Shown: piece after piece, positions 14,655 through 31,855 of the stretch
Position numbering within the stretch: the stretch's first letter is position 1
How the letters are laid out: each line of letters opens with the position of its first letter
Made by a program: the position numbers and the translations under genes
The notes under the pieces: generated by a model
Databases searched by the model: none
Told to the model about the DNA's origin: nothing
The model's input: only the letters and a program-made list of their open reading frames with translations
Origin: the human T2T-CHM13v2.0 reference genome, Homo sapiens
DNA: 64,000 bases
Assembly (NCBI RefSeq): GCF_009914755.1
Contig: NC_060947.1
Strand: one strand, 5' to 3'

Positions 14655-15139
14655 AAATTCCCAAACACGTAGATTAGATTGTTGTTCCCAATTCTTCACT
14701 GTGTGCTGTGATAGAATTGTACGTCCATGCTTTTTGTCTTGTGACTTTGCAATTCTTGCCTTAATGTGAATATGACATACTTCCTCATTCTTCATGACTC
14801 TGCAACTGGCTGATGTGATGTGAGTGGACTTTAATGTACTTATATAGTTTAGATCCCCCTCTCTAGCTTCAGCTATTGTCATGAGAAATGCATGCTCAGA
14901 AATATATGCTGTGCACTGGTAGCTACAGGTCCCAGAAGGGGATATGTGGAACAGAGCTGGCTTGCAGCCTGGAGCCAAGCCTAGCAGAACCCAAGCAGGT
15001 CCAGCAAAAATCAGCCAAAATAAGCCGAACTTCAGCTGCCCCACCTATTAAGTTAGAAAATAAATGTTTATTGTCGTAAGCTACTAAGACTTTGGTGGTT
15101 GTTATATAGCATTATCGCAACAATAGTTGAGTAATAACA
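14655..15139 (+). mobile_element. MLT1 (J-like) LTR
   Basis: TTGTTCCCAATTCTTCAC..., TGTCATGAGAA.., GGTCCCAGAAGG.GATATGTGGAACAGAG, AATAAATGTTTATTGTCGTAAGCTACT. Confidence 0.7.
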
Positions 15140-15504
15140 CGTAATATAAAGGCCCTCCACAATTGAAAGCCAGCCAGACTTCTAGTGCCAGTCTCAAGCC
15201 ATTTTCTCACATGCACCCACAGTAATACTTACTCTCATGTAATGAGTACCTGTATCTTTCATGCCAAATTGACTTGCTCAGGCACCCAGCTAGTGAGTAG
15301 CAGAGCCAGGATGCATGTATGTCATAGCCCACAGCAGTGAGTGTTACCCTCACATTTCTACTTTGTTAAACTGTTCTCTAGCCAGAGAGTTGGTTGGGAT
15401 TCCCTTGAGATTCCCCCAAACCTGCCTATAACATGAATGCTATACTTTTCCATCTACTTTTGTAGGTTAAGCCTCAGGCTCCCTTTTATGTATGATCTGA
15501 TAAT

Positions 15505-15740
15505 ATTAATAATGACTAATATTTATTGAGTGCTACGTTCCAGGCAGTGTTCTATGTTTTTCATTCACTCTTCACAATGACCCTATGAGATAGGGAATAT
15601 CATTATCACTATTTTATAGAGGACGAAGCTGAGGCACAGAGAGGCAAAGTAGCTTACAAGCTCATGCAGTAAATTATATATCTGGGATTCAAATCCAGGC
15701 AGTTTGACTCCAAAGCCTCTACTGTTAACCACTCTGCTGA
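15505..15740 (-). mobile_element. MIR (near full length)
   Basis: ATATTTATTGAGTGCTAC..CCAGGCAGTGTTCT..ATTTTATAGAGGACGAAGCTGAGGCACAGAGAGG..CTGGGATTCAAATCCAGGCAG. Confidence 0.85.
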
Positions 15741-18700
15741 ATCCCCATCCATTGATATTGACCCTCTATGCCCCTGCGTTACTCTGTACATGCCTTTATT
15801 ATAACTCTGTACATTTCATGATGATTATTTATTTATCCTACTATTTCCCCTACTTCACCGTGAGCTTTCAAAAGTCAAGGGCTCAATCTTAGGTGTCCTT
15901 ATATGTCCGCTATCTAGTAAGGTGGCTGGCCTGTAGCTAGTTCCCACTAAATGTTTATGATTGCTATTTGCTGTTGAACTGCTTTGTCATCAGTTAAATT
16001 TTCATTGTAAATTGCTGGAGAACTGCTCCAAATTGCCTTTCTCTGAAACATGAAAATGACACAATGTATTTTGAGAGTGATTTATAGAAAGTCATATATT
16101 TCATACAGTGGGAAAGGATGTAATGGTAAGGAATTTTTCAAATTTTCCCTCAGGCACTTGCCTTTTAAACATCAATCAAACAATCAACAAATCATGACTG
16201 TGCACCTCCTATGCATCAAAAACAGGCCAACCACTCATACTAGAGGTGGCTAACTAATTACTTTGTGCTCCGGTGGCTATATTTCATTTGTTTTTTTCCA
16301 GATCCAGTCTTGTTTTCATCTTTGAGCTGGTGAGATCAATGCATATGGAAAGAAGTTAAGATAAAATAAAAATTTTACCTGACAGCCTTTTTCTGGAAGC
16401 TTCAATGGCTTTGGAAGAGTTTATTGATTCCAAAAGAAAAATTACCATTCTCTTTTATGGAAGGGTAAAATAAAGGAGGATTTAGTGAATAAAAGGAATT
16501 GGAGCAATTAGCATAGCCTTTAAAAATCTGGGATTATCTTTATTGATTAGATTGCTTTAGAATTGTTGAAGGAGCAATGGAAATTCTAATGGAAATTACA
16601 TATGTGAACGAGACAGGAGTTAGGTCTGTGAACCAAGACCCAGCTTTTTGAAGAACAAAGCACAGGCTGGAGAGAATTCAGTCACCAAAGCATAATAAGA
16701 ATTTCTGAAAGTTCCAAAAAACAGGAGGCAAAAAGAATGATTTTTTTCCTTATTAAGTTTATATACTACTTATAGGCATGCACTGAGATTTTGGAGACCA
16801 AGTACAAGGTACCTGGTGAAAACACAATAATCAAAACAAAAGGGGAAACTAGAGGCAATATTTATTTATCCAATTGGACCTATGAAAATGAACAGAGAGA
16901 GTGGCAATCTGTATCTCACTCTTTTCAAAGTTTGTTAACAGGTAATTTTCTCTCAGTGAATGTATGCATATTTTTATTTGGTAGTGGGGCATTTTAGGCA
17001 GATTTATTATCCTAACCAAAGTGGAAAAAAAAAAAAAGACACACAATAGGACTCAAATATTTCAGCACAGCTTAGTAAGAAAAAAAAAATAGGTGAGCAA
17101 CATTTTCTTCCCGAGTGTTGACTTCTTACCAGTTCAGTATGAATATACTCAATGAAATAAGTAGATTTTTGAATGGCCCAGTGATTTGTTTGGTCAAATC
17201 TTGCCTGGGTTTTAGAGAATTAAAACAGATGCGCATTTCCCTTATCATATGCATTTGCTGTTTCAACAGAATGGTTTGTATCCCAGATGTGGGAAATGCA
17301 ATTTAAGAAAAGTAAATCTCAAGGTTGAAGAAGGAATATAATGATGAAAAACATAATTGAGGCAAGAAAACGTAGAGTTCAGTATTTTGTTAGTTCAAGT
17401 AATTTAAAAAATCATTTATATATAAAGAGGAAGCCGGAAGATGGTGCTTTGGTGGTTCTTTGTGTAGTGTGATAGCATAGGATGAACGGCACACAATTAG
17501 GGCATACTGTAAAATCACATTTTAATGAATAAGGAGTGAGAGAGAGTTGGCTTTGAACATAGGCCTGAATTCTCAATGTAAGTCGGGTGTCATTTCATCA
17601 AAACATATGCTTTCATCTATTTCATTGCACAACCACTTGTTTGCTGTGTGTGTTATTAATTTATTCACAAATATGTATTGAATCTGTATGTTTGGCTGAG
17701 GGCACAATAACTTTTCTCTTCTCCCTAAACTTGTCACTCCCACCATCTTTCCTTTTAACGTAGAAGTCACCATCTGTCAGGCCTTCAAACCGGGGCACAA
17801 GTGGCCTCTGCCTTGGGACTTGGCCTTCAGAGGATCCCACTTTGGTCCTCTTTTCATCACAGCTCTCTCTAGGGGACGAGGAGTCCATGGGATCAAGGAG
17901 ATATGCCCACTGAGAAGCTTGGTCCACTGAAAGCTTGTTTCCACTGAGACTGTTCTCCCATCCCTTTAGATGAAATTCTAGCTCAGGGTTAGCTTCATGA
18001 GTGTGCCACCTGTGCACTCACACAGGGCCCTGTGCTCAGAAAGGCCCATCCTTTGAGTCTCACTAAACTCACACACATGTAGGTCCACCAGAACTCTGTT
18101 CATGGGGCATTGCAGATGCTGTGGGCTAGAAAAGTGACAATAAGCAGCAGAGATATAGTGTATAGGAAATACAGTGTATCTCTTCTGCTCATGTGAATGT
18201 ACACTGTCCTGTTGAACTTCACTTACAAAACACAAGTTCAAAGATAAAATTATTTAACATGTCAACAGCACAGCTCCTCAGGTGATTCTAAGATGAACCT
18301 GTGGTTCTCGGCTGGGTCAGGAAAAATTAGTAGAAGCTTATATAAATGGTGGGAGTTGGGAGGAGTAGGGAAAGCCAGGGTGGGGAGATGGTGTAATAAG
18401 AGAAAAGAAGGTGGATTGGAGGGAAAAAACTTCCTTAAATTTTGGGAGCCTCATTTATCTAATCTGTAAAGGATGCAAAGAATGTTTAGCCTGGAGGGTT
18501 ATTATAAGGATTAAAAAGATGATTCCAATACCATGCGTGGTTCATAAGAGATGTTCTACAATATAGAATGTAGAGCTTTCATGTGTGCAGTTACTGATAA
18601 TTTGCTTTTTTGTGTATATTGTTTGGGATATAGAGAATCCATTACCAGATCTCTGAGGGTTTCTCCTAGGAGTCAAGGGCATGCTGAAGGGCCCCCTCAA

Positions 18701-19252
18701 AGTGGTAGATGTGAAGCAGAAGCAAAACCATTCTCCCAAGGTCCAATAAATCTCTGGCCGCTTGTTTCCCGGTGACAAGTGTCTTTGTTATGAATAATCA
18801 CACTCCACTCTACTCTTATCTTTTTTCTCCTTGTCAATTTCATTTCAAGCTACCTTCCTGCCTCAGCCCAATGCATTCCTCTAGGTTCTTAAAGGAAAAC
18901 GAGGAAAGATATTATTTTCATCAGCATTTTTCGGTAGCCTGAAGGACTCTGTCATGCTTTCTTTTGGTTTGCAGTCATTGAATAGGACTTAAAGGTTTCA
19001 GAGGCCTCAGGAAATTGAGTTCATATGAACAAGTCTGGGTACATGGAGGCCATGGAAAAATTTTTGCTAAATCCTTTGATCCAAGTCCACTAGGATTCAG
19101 GGAATGAGTTGGACCAGCCAAAAGCTAAAGGATAGGGATGGTGCAAATTCTTTGGCAGGTCAACATGACTCCTAAGTGGAGGAAGGAGAGCATAATGCTT
19201 ATGCAGTGCTTTGTATGCTGTGGTAAAGAATTAGATACTTTAAAAAACTTCC

Positions 19253-19599
<347 letters not shown>

Positions 19600-19949
19600 C
19601 TTCCAGTCCATTACAAACTGATATTTTTATAAAAATATAATGAAACTAAAATACTAAAAGAATAAGATAAAAAGAAAGACATAAAATTCAAACTTGTTTT
19701 ATTAGATTCAACAGATATCAAATGACATTTCAATAAATATAATCAGAACAAATGTAACAAAGAATTACTGAAGCCATACATGTTCTTTATGAAAATGTGC
19801 AGTTGATTAATATTAATATAATCACTATTATACTCATAACTTTTTGCTATTTCACAATCATAAACAAAAGTTGAGTCAAGTAGCAATTCCCCATATTAAA
19901 TTCCTATATACCTTTTTGAACAAACATTGTATACAACAATATTTGAAGG

Positions 19950-20252
19950 TTTTTTTTGTTTTTTGTTTTTTTAGAGACAGTGTCTCTCTCTATTGCCTAG
20001 GTTGGAGCACAATGGTGCGATCATAGCTCATTGCAGCCTTGATCTCTTATGCTTAACGGATCCTCCTGCCTCAGCCTCCTGAGTAGCTGGGACTACAGGC
20101 ACGCCACTGTGACCTGCTAATTTTTAAATATTTTGTGAGATGATGTCTCACTATATTGCCCAGGCTGGTCTCGAACTCCAGGACTTATGTAATCCTCCCA
20201 CCTTGGCCTCCCAAATTGCTGGGATTACAGGCATGAACCACCACTCCTGGCC
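19950..20252 (-). mobile_element. AluJ
   Basis: GATCATAGCTCATTGCAGCCTTG J-type; TSD AATATTTGAAG. Confidence 0.95.
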
Positions 20253-20269
20253 AATATTTGAAGTTTTAA

Positions 20270-22349
<2,080 letters not shown>

Positions 22350-22904
22350 TGTTCAGGATGCACGTTGGTCACGGTCATTTAGTTTACTACTGCTGCTGTG
22401 GGCATACTTGACGAAAAAAGTCCAGTGAAGTTTATTTTGCCGAGTGTCATTCATTCAGGGTTAAAACAAATATTCTATAAAATTTGTTTCTTTAATTTAG
22501 TTGATAATGTTAATCTCTAAAAATTAAAACAATTATAAAAACAAAAATTATTAAAAGAAATAAATGCCTACATTTTCTTTGATTTTTATACACTTTGAGT
22601 TACAGTTGACAAAGTAACCCTAAAACATGATGTATTGTAATGTGGTCCTTCTGCAGTGCATGACTTGTGGGCAACTTACACCACATGTAACTCACCAGGC
22701 AAGTTTGACAACATCCAAACTGGTCCATGCCCTATTCAATGAGACAGGTACACTGACTTAATCTTCCTTGGATATTGCAGCAATATCAAATTGTTAAAAA
22801 AGTTTCCAAACACTTTCTCTCGATTTCACTTATCTGAACCAGCTGGTAACAAACAATTCACGAAACAGCAATGGGCTGGGGACCACTCTTTAAAGGACAA
22901 GATT

Positions 22905-23330
22905 TGGAGTCTAGAGGTATTTGATTTGAAAACTAAATTTTATTACTTACCAGCTATGTGACCATGGACAAAACTTACAATCTCCTTTTCTCAAAAATGA
23001 AGATAATATTTTCCATCACAAAGAGTTGTTGTAAAGATGAAATAATGCATTCACACATTTGTTCATTGAGCAAATATTTATCAAACCTCTACGATGTGCC
23101 AGAAAACTGTTCTAGGATCTTGAGTTATATCAATGAACAAAACAGACAATGGCAAGAGACAGACAGCTAATAATAATTAGAAAGACAACAGCAAAAGAAA
23201 TAAGTGAATTATAAAGTATGTTAAAAGGCGATAAGTGTTAGAGAAAAAGTGCATAGTAATGTATGCCAAGGGGTATCAAGAGTACTGGGGTAGGGGGAGA
23301 GGTGTAGATTGCAGTTGTAACAGAGTAATC
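22905..23330. mobile_element. MIR (+, ~22905-23050) followed by an L2 3' end (-, ~23050-23330)
   Basis: ACTTACCAGCTATGTGACCATGGACAA..AAAATGAAGATAATA; CATTTGTTCATTGAGCAAATATTTATC..ATGTGCCAG. Confidence 0.65.
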
Positions 23331-23956
23331 CTGAAAAAAAAATTGATTTGATAATGCAAGCAGAGCCACAGTACAGAGCTTAGTGACTTAGTAAATGGTA
23401 GTCTTTATCATAATTAGTTCATGATGACTTAGTATTGCCAACAGGAAGCTAAAATGGCTTTATTTGGAGGTGCTTATGCAATTGAGTGTGTGCACACAGG
23501 TATGCATGCACACACACACATGCACAAATACACACTCACATACACCTAGACATATAGTCACACGCCATAGAAATCTTATTTGGATTTAGCTGGTTCCCTC
23601 TAGTGCATACTTTCTGTTTGCATTTATGATCATTTGGGGACCCAAATTAGTGAGGGTTAGATTTGTTTTAGGATGAAATGAGAAGCTCGCAATTTTTTTT
23701 TTCCTGGTTATCATAGAGGAACTGTCAAAAGGCTAAGACAAGCATTTGATTCTACTTCGATTCTCTGTGCATCTAACTCAACTATTTTTTCCTCTTACTT
23801 TGTTAAAGTGTCACTGTCTCTTTTGATCCTGCAAGATGTATTATATTTGGCAGAAGCCATGGAAGAAAGTATATCAGAGAAGTGAAAACTGTTGTCATCA
23901 ACTAACCCTCACAGTTTATGTTTGTTGAAGGTTCAACTGATCTTCACTACCTTTTC

Positions 23957-24250
<294 letters not shown>

Positions 24251-26003
24251 CACTACCTTTTCAAATATAACTTACTCCTACAAAATTGTACACACAGCAT
24301 GGTAAGGCTTTCATTAAAAAAATACAGATGTCTACAGAAAATAATGTTCATTTTAGAGTGGAGAGATTATGGATATTCTCTGATTTTTAAATAACCAATG
24401 TGTCCTGTCTTAATAATCAGAAACAGTCAATAAATGTCTTTTTAAAAGAAAGAAAATAACCTACTCTTACTAACACAAGGACTCTTGCTCTTTTATGCTT
24501 TAGTTTTCATTGTGGGAGAGGTGGAGGAGTGGAATTTATTGGTTTGGAAATTGTTTTGAGCATTTCTCTTTTGGATTTTATCTCTATATTCTCTGAAAAG
24601 CTCTATGTGAATGTAGTACTCAAACTGCTTTGCTGTTTTATTATTAGACCACACTCCTCTAAACTTGGCCGGAACTCAAAGACCAATCCAGATAAGAATC
24701 TCCACAATGTGCATTTTCAAAGCAAGTCAGAAGCGGCTTTGTTTTAACACTCAAAGAAAGCTTTTGTGTTTTCAATTTCAAGTGCTCTGCAGTAAACCAA
24801 CAGTCTCTATAGATTATACAGAAGGGTCATGTGTTGATTTGAGCCAGTTTCTGGGGGAAAAATCACTACCGAGGAACAGCAAGTGTTTAAACAATGAACT
24901 GACAGCTGCCGGTCCATTAGACCCCTCCACAAGGCCAACTCCTGCTCTTTTCAATTTCACTGTGATCTGTAGATACAGCTCTTGATGGCTGAGCTGGTGG
25001 TGATGGGCTAAGTTCCAATAGCACCTGCACTTATCAGAGCAATACCTTTTATCAGAGGACTCTTATATGAAGTCCTTTATAAAGAAGAGAAACAGCGCCA
25101 GCTAGGAAAGTGAGAAAAATAAAATATATACCTACTTCAAGTTCCGTATTGCCCATTTAAGTGCTTGTAGAGTTAGAAGTAAAATTTTGAAACTCTTGAT
25201 TTATACTATGTTCTCGTGGCCATTCTCAGGGATATCAGGATTCATCTTTAACTGAAGTTTAATCTAAATAATTAAACCTCATAGTTTGCTAAATTAAATA
25301 CTAATGTAATGATCCATGTGTTTCTTTTAAAAAATATCTTTCTGGCAATAGGCTTAAAAAAGCGAGAGGAAAGAATATTTTCTTCAGCTTCTGTTTCAGG
25401 CAACTACAATCCTTTTAATCTTCTCTGTACTGGAGTCAAATGTTCAAAATCATCAGCCCTTGCAAATGGGAATTTGGTTTAGGATTTCGCAGGAGAAGAG
25501 TAAAAAGTCCTAGATGAAGACACGCCTTTGATTCTTTTAATTAAGGTCTTTCCTCACCTTTGATTTGATTCTCTGCTGAATCACTTCTTCCCTTGAGGCC
25601 TTTAGGATGCCTGTATTGGGGATCTCTGGTTTAAATTTTCAGTTGATGTTTACATCTTGGGGTAGACATCCATCTGAGCCTCTCCACCTGAGTGTGGGCC
25701 CAATGCTTGCCTTGAGTACATCTCAAATTTGCCAAATCTTGATTGTTTACTCCATTCTTAACCCCATTATTCTCCCGCATCTCTGATCCTTAATAACTGT
25801 ACCTCTGCTTTTCTAGACATAGCTTTAACCTGCAGCTGTCTGTACCTAGGCTGAACCTAGCTAGGTTATAGCTCTCCCAGTCTGACTGAACTGAGCAGTT
25901 AGTTCCACTGAACAATCATTTCAATTTACTTTTCAAAGATCAGTTGTGCTAGTTCTTCCATTCGATGGATTGACTTGTCTTGGTAATAACTGAGCAAATT
26001 TTT

Positions 26004-27000
26004 TAAAAACTTTAATTTTAGGTTTGGGTGTACATGTGAAGGTTTGTTACATAGGTGAACTCATATCACAGGGATTTGTTATACAGGTTATTTCATCACC
26101 CGAGTATTAAGCCCAGTATCCAATAGTTATCTTTTCTGCTCATCTCTCTCCTCCCACCCTCCACCCTCAAGTAGCCTCTGTTGTGCCCTTCTTTGTGTTC
26201 ATGAGTTCTCATAATTTAGCTCCCACTTATAAGCGAGAACATGAAGTATTTGGTTTTCTGTTTCTGTGTTAGTTTGCTAAGGATAATACCCTCCAGCTCC
26301 AGCCATGTTCCCGCCAAAGATATGGTCTTGTTCTTTTTCATGGCTGCATAGTATTCCATGGTGTGTATGTACCACATTTTCTTTATCCAGTCTGTCATTG
26401 ATGGGCACTTAAGTTGATTCCATGTCTTTGCTATTGTGAATAGTGCTGTAATGAACATTCACATGCATGTGTCTTTATGGTAGAATGATGTATATTCCTC
26501 TAGGTATATATCCAGTAATGGGATTGCTTGGTCAAATGGTAGTTCTGCTTTTTTTTTTTTTTTTTTTTGAGATGGAGTCTCTCTGTCGCCCAGGCTGGAA
26601 TGCAGTGGCGCCATCTCGGCTCACTCCAAGTTCCGCCTCCCGGGTTCACGCCATTCTCCTGCCTCAGCCTCCTGAGTAGCTGGGACTACAGGCATTCGCC
26701 ACCATGCCCGGCTAATTTTTTTTGTACTCTTAGTAGAGATGGGGTTTCACCGTGTTAGCCAGGATGGTCTTGATCTCCTGACCTCATGATCCACCCGCCT
26801 CGGCCTCCCAAAGTGCTGGGATTACAGGCATGAGCCACCGCACCCGGCCAGTTCTGCTTTTAGCTCTTTGAATCGCCATACTGCTTTCCACAATGCTTGA
26901 ACTAATTTACATTGCTAGCAGCAGTGTATAAGTGTTCCCTTCTCTCTGCAACCTCACCAGCATCTGTTGTGAGATGATATCTCATTGTGGTTTTGATTTT
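26004..27000 (-). mobile_element. 5'-truncated primate L1 (older L1PA/L1PB), split by AluY
   Basis: L1 3' UTR plus ORF2 C-terminus (ORF 26216-26458 [30 protein letters not shown]); perfect TSD ACTGAGCAAATTTTT at 25989 and 27001. Confidence 0.93.
26549..26849 (-). mobile_element. AluY inside L1
   Basis: TTCACGCCATTCTCC, GTTAGCCAGGATGG; TSD AGTTCTGCTTT. Confidence 0.96.
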
Positions 27001-28623
27001 ACTGAGCAAATTTTTGACTGATAAAGTCAAAACAGAAAATTGGTCATGTCTCAAATAGCATCCTCTTTTTAAAGCCTTTTTCCCCCTGCAAGAATACTGA
27101 GTAAATTTGGTAGGTGTAGGGAATAGGTGTTTTTGTAATTTCGTGGCTCAAAGTTTGAAACCAAAGCCAAAACGGGCTGCCTCATTTGATCAGACCAAAG
27201 TGGACAATAGTGTACAGTACTTTAATATGAACACCAAAGAAGGCTTAAAGTTGATGCCATGAGGCCTGCAGTAAGTCATTTCTCCACTATCTAAAACTCT
27301 CCATCTAAAATCCAGCCCACATAGTTTAGTCCTGTTAGTAGCTATCAGTGTTTGGACTTTTCTTCCTCAGCACAAGTGTAAACACTTTGAGATCAGCCAT
27401 GTCCCACTGCTTTTTGGACCTTTCACAATACCTGGCACCAAAGTCAGTGTCCAGTAAGTTTCCAACAATCACTGAATTGAGTTGAATTCATAGTTAACTT
27501 GAAGAAGGGAAAGGCTTGGATTGAAAAATATAGATTCATGCATTTTTAAGGTGGTAAATATTTATATAACACAGGGATGAAGGAGGATGTAAATAATACC
27601 TCAGAGGAAGTGCCTCAAAAGAACCTCAGGGGAGCCTTTCACCACTCAGAACAGATTGATGTCACATCACCTTGACTATGGGGAAAGGAAATCAAAATAG
27701 GTTTACTATTCAAATAACTACTTCAAAAGTTAAAGCAGCTACTAAATCAATCGAGCATAACATTTTTACCAAAATGTCATAAAGCATTGGATGGTGAAAT
27801 AACAGTAAAAGATTCATTAGAATTGCTTACACCATCCAGAATGAGATGAACAGTGGAGCAATTTTATCTGGACATGGAGGCATCCTGACTCCTCTGTATC
27901 AGACAGAAACAGTCAAGCCAATGAGATAAATGCAAACACTGTGAAATAGTCTCTCTATGTATCGTCAGAATAAGGAGCAACCCAAGTTATAAAAAAAATG
28001 CTGAACAAAGTCTGAAGTACTACCGCTGTCAAAATGCTGACATTGATTTTATTCACTTCTTGAGATCTAAATTGGAAAATCAAAAAAGATCAGATTGAAC
28101 ACAGGTCTTTATGATATACTATAATCAAAGACAATGTAGGGCTAGAACTACAATGCATAGCGGAAGTCCTGAAGGATGGAATTTGCTGATTCTTGGACAG
28201 AGGGATGAGCTACCATTATCAAAATGCGCTTTGTTCCACAACTTAGTGATTTATTACTCATGTTGCCATTCACAGATCATTGTCTCATCACTCAGACGAA
28301 GAAATCTGAAGCTTTGTAAAGAATAATAAGGAAAGGGAAAAACCTAAACTCACACAATTATGTGAAAATAAAGAAAAGGAAAACTAATTTGCTAACAAAC
28401 GGCATTCATCTTCGCTTAAAAAAAAACGCAGAGGCTCAAAGCAGCAGCTCTTCCCTGTGGTTATATATAAAAGCAGAGTTGCTTAAAAATTTTCAGAGAT
28501 TAGGTTTCATAGAGAAATATATTTATAGAGAAAATAGAGATGCCAAAATGGAGCCAGAGAGCTCTAGTCTGGAATCTCTGCTTCTTTTGTCAGGTAACTG
28601 CTCCATCAATTAACACACGATGT

Positions 28624-28963
28624 CAGGAGTCGGCAAACCGGCTCATGGGCAAAATCCGACCCCACCACCTGTTTTTGTACCACCACTCAAGGGCTAAGAA
28701 TGGTTTTGACATTCGTAGATGGTTGCAAAATGTTTTTTAAAAGAATGGTATTTAGTGGCATGTGAAAATTACATAAAATTCCAAATTCAGTGTCCATAAA
28801 TAAGGTTTTATTGGAACATAGCCACGCCCATGAAAACCAGATTGTCTGTGGCTGGCTTCCCCTGCTACAATGGCAGAGTTGAGTAGTTGTGAGAGACCAT
28901 GTGGTCTGCAAAGCCTAAAATGTTTATTATCTGGCCTTTTATGGAAAAAGTTTAGGAACCCCT
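28624..28963. mobile_element. MER58B-like hAT MITE
   Basis: CAGGAGTCGGCAAAC...AAATAAGGTTTTATTGGAACATAGCCACGCCCAT...GAAAAAGTTT.G.AACCCCT; about 340 bp. Confidence 0.85.
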
Positions 28964-30244
28964 ATATTATATGATTAATGACATATTTATACCCAGAAAG
29001 AAGACATGATGAAATATGTTTAGAAACAGGCTGGGACTTCATGCAACTTCATATCTGAAGAAAAAAAAAATTATCCTATGCAAATATGCAGACATGTTTA
29101 CCTCCAAACACATACATATGAGGCACCTACAGATGACCTGTAATGGCAGTTAATACATTTTATGAATGCTTTTGACGAAGGGTGAGTTCACATATCACCT
29201 GGAGGGCTACTCATGAGAGGAGATTAGCATTTGAAACAGATCCCTGGTGGCTTTTCTCTGTCCTCTTTATGACTGTGGAATAGATGGGCTGTATTTGACT
29301 GAGCTTATTTCATAACATTCTAGAACCATGCAGTAGGAAGGAAGACCAAGGTTAGGTCTTTTCAAATTTAAATATATTGAAAGTCACCAATACCAGTGAA
29401 AACCAAATTATTCTTAGAAACTTGGAGCATTAAAAAACAATTGCAGCTTCCTTGGCATCACCTCACTCCTATACCCTAGAATGCATGTTAGTTATAATAG
29501 GTTGTATGTTTTCTGAATGCTTGAGAACTTGACCAGAGAGAAAATAGGGCACGCACAACAAAATATATTCTTAAATTTCCTGGTTATGGCTTTCTTATTT
29601 TAGACAGCTCAAGTATAAATGCAATCCTGACCTTTAAACATCCACACAATGATGTGTGAAAGATATGCAATACGAAGGCTTGGAACTAGGCAGGGACAAG
29701 GACAGCTCCTGGAACTTCCCCATCAGTTGAGAGTTCTTTGTGCTCCACAGCCTCTAGGGTCCTCTGACATTTACATTACACATATCCGGCCAAGCATTAT
29801 ATTCCTAATTTAGTCTGCTACTGTCTTATAGCATGCTGATTTGCTAAACATAATTTGTAGCGTGCTATTGGGCTGAAAGTCACGGCCCACAATCAGGCTG
29901 AGTAAAACTTTCTTCTAAAATGTTTTTAATAGAGGAACAAATACATTTTTAAAAATTCTACTTGTTGTATGCATGAATGATCCTGAGAATAAAAACAACT
30001 AGGGCATGGATGCAACATATAAATCAGTGGATACTGTGGAAAACTAGCTATTTTGATTGGAATGTATCCTGTTGGAATATTGCAGCAGCTCTGTGGGAGC
30101 CAATAACTTAAGAGGCAGAGCAAGTGAATGTGGGAAACAAGGAAGAGAAGCCTTACATCTTGTTCACGGACTGAGGAAGGAAGTTGATGCCTGCAGGGCT
30201 CTGGACAAAGTGCTCCTAGAGAGCATTTCTTCTGTCACAGACAG

Positions 30245-30350
30245 TGTAGTTAATTGCAAAAAACGCCTCAAATTCCTTCCGTCTCTGTATGTGTGCCCTC
30301 TGCAATGGAACTCTGCTGCTCCGCCATCAAGAGGTAGAAATGTCTCTCTC
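30245..30350 (+). mobile_element. MLT1 5' fragment
   Basis: TGTAGTTAATTGCAAAAA..CAAATTCCT..GCTGCTCCGCCATCAAGAGGTAGA. Confidence 0.55.
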
Positions 30351-30581
30351 CCAACTGACCTCCTTGCAACAGCAGGCGAGGACTTCAACCCATGGGTTTA
30401 CTTAACTTGTTTTCCTCTGTGAATTCTATTATCTTAACAAAAGTTTGGTTTCTATACTGCATTAATACACGAATTACTCTCAGTTAATATGTATGGGTTA
30501 TGTATGGGTTTGATTTTTTTTTTTTGGATGGGGTAAAGCAATAAAGGAGTAAAGAAAACAACTATTTAAAATGTCACAATT

Positions 30582-30910
<329 letters not shown>

Positions 30911-31207
30911 GTCACAATTTAGCTCATGGCTGAAGGATTGTTTTAAACTGAATGCTTCCAAACTAATCCCTGTTCAAAACCCACTGATGACTTCCCATCA
31001 AATAAAATCCTCCCTCATTTCAATGACCTGAAAGTTGTGCTAGAACTGCCTTTCTCATTGGCCTCAACTCCTACCACTCTCTCCATTATTCACTCTGTTG
31101 CAGACACACTAGCTTTTCTTGCTGTTCCTGGAATATACCAAGATTGTTCTCACTTCCTGGTCTTTGCCCTGACAATTCCCTATGCTTGGAATGCTCCAGC
31201 TCTAAGT

Positions 31208-31295
31208 CTTCCTTTCCTTCCCCTTCCCCTTCCCTTCCCTTCCCTTCCCCCTTCCTTCCTTCCCTCCCTCCTTCCCTCTCTCCCTTTCTTTCTTT

Positions 31296-31297
<2 letters not shown>
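31208..31297. repeat. Polypyrimidine (CTTCC/CCTT)n tract
   Basis: About 90 bp of pure C/T. Confidence 0.9.

Positions 31298-31855
<558 letters not shown>

Noticed and set aside
26216-26458. ORF resembling a real protein (WNQLKCP, WYIHTMEYY)
   Set aside because: C-terminus of L1 ORF2p inside a truncated L1.
27000-28400. Long unique stretch examined for a processed pseudogene or exon
   Set aside because: No sustained reading frame or recognisable homology; no poly(A)/TSD.
30050-30110. Two opposed CCAAT boxes
   Set aside because: No CpG island, TATA box or other promoter support.
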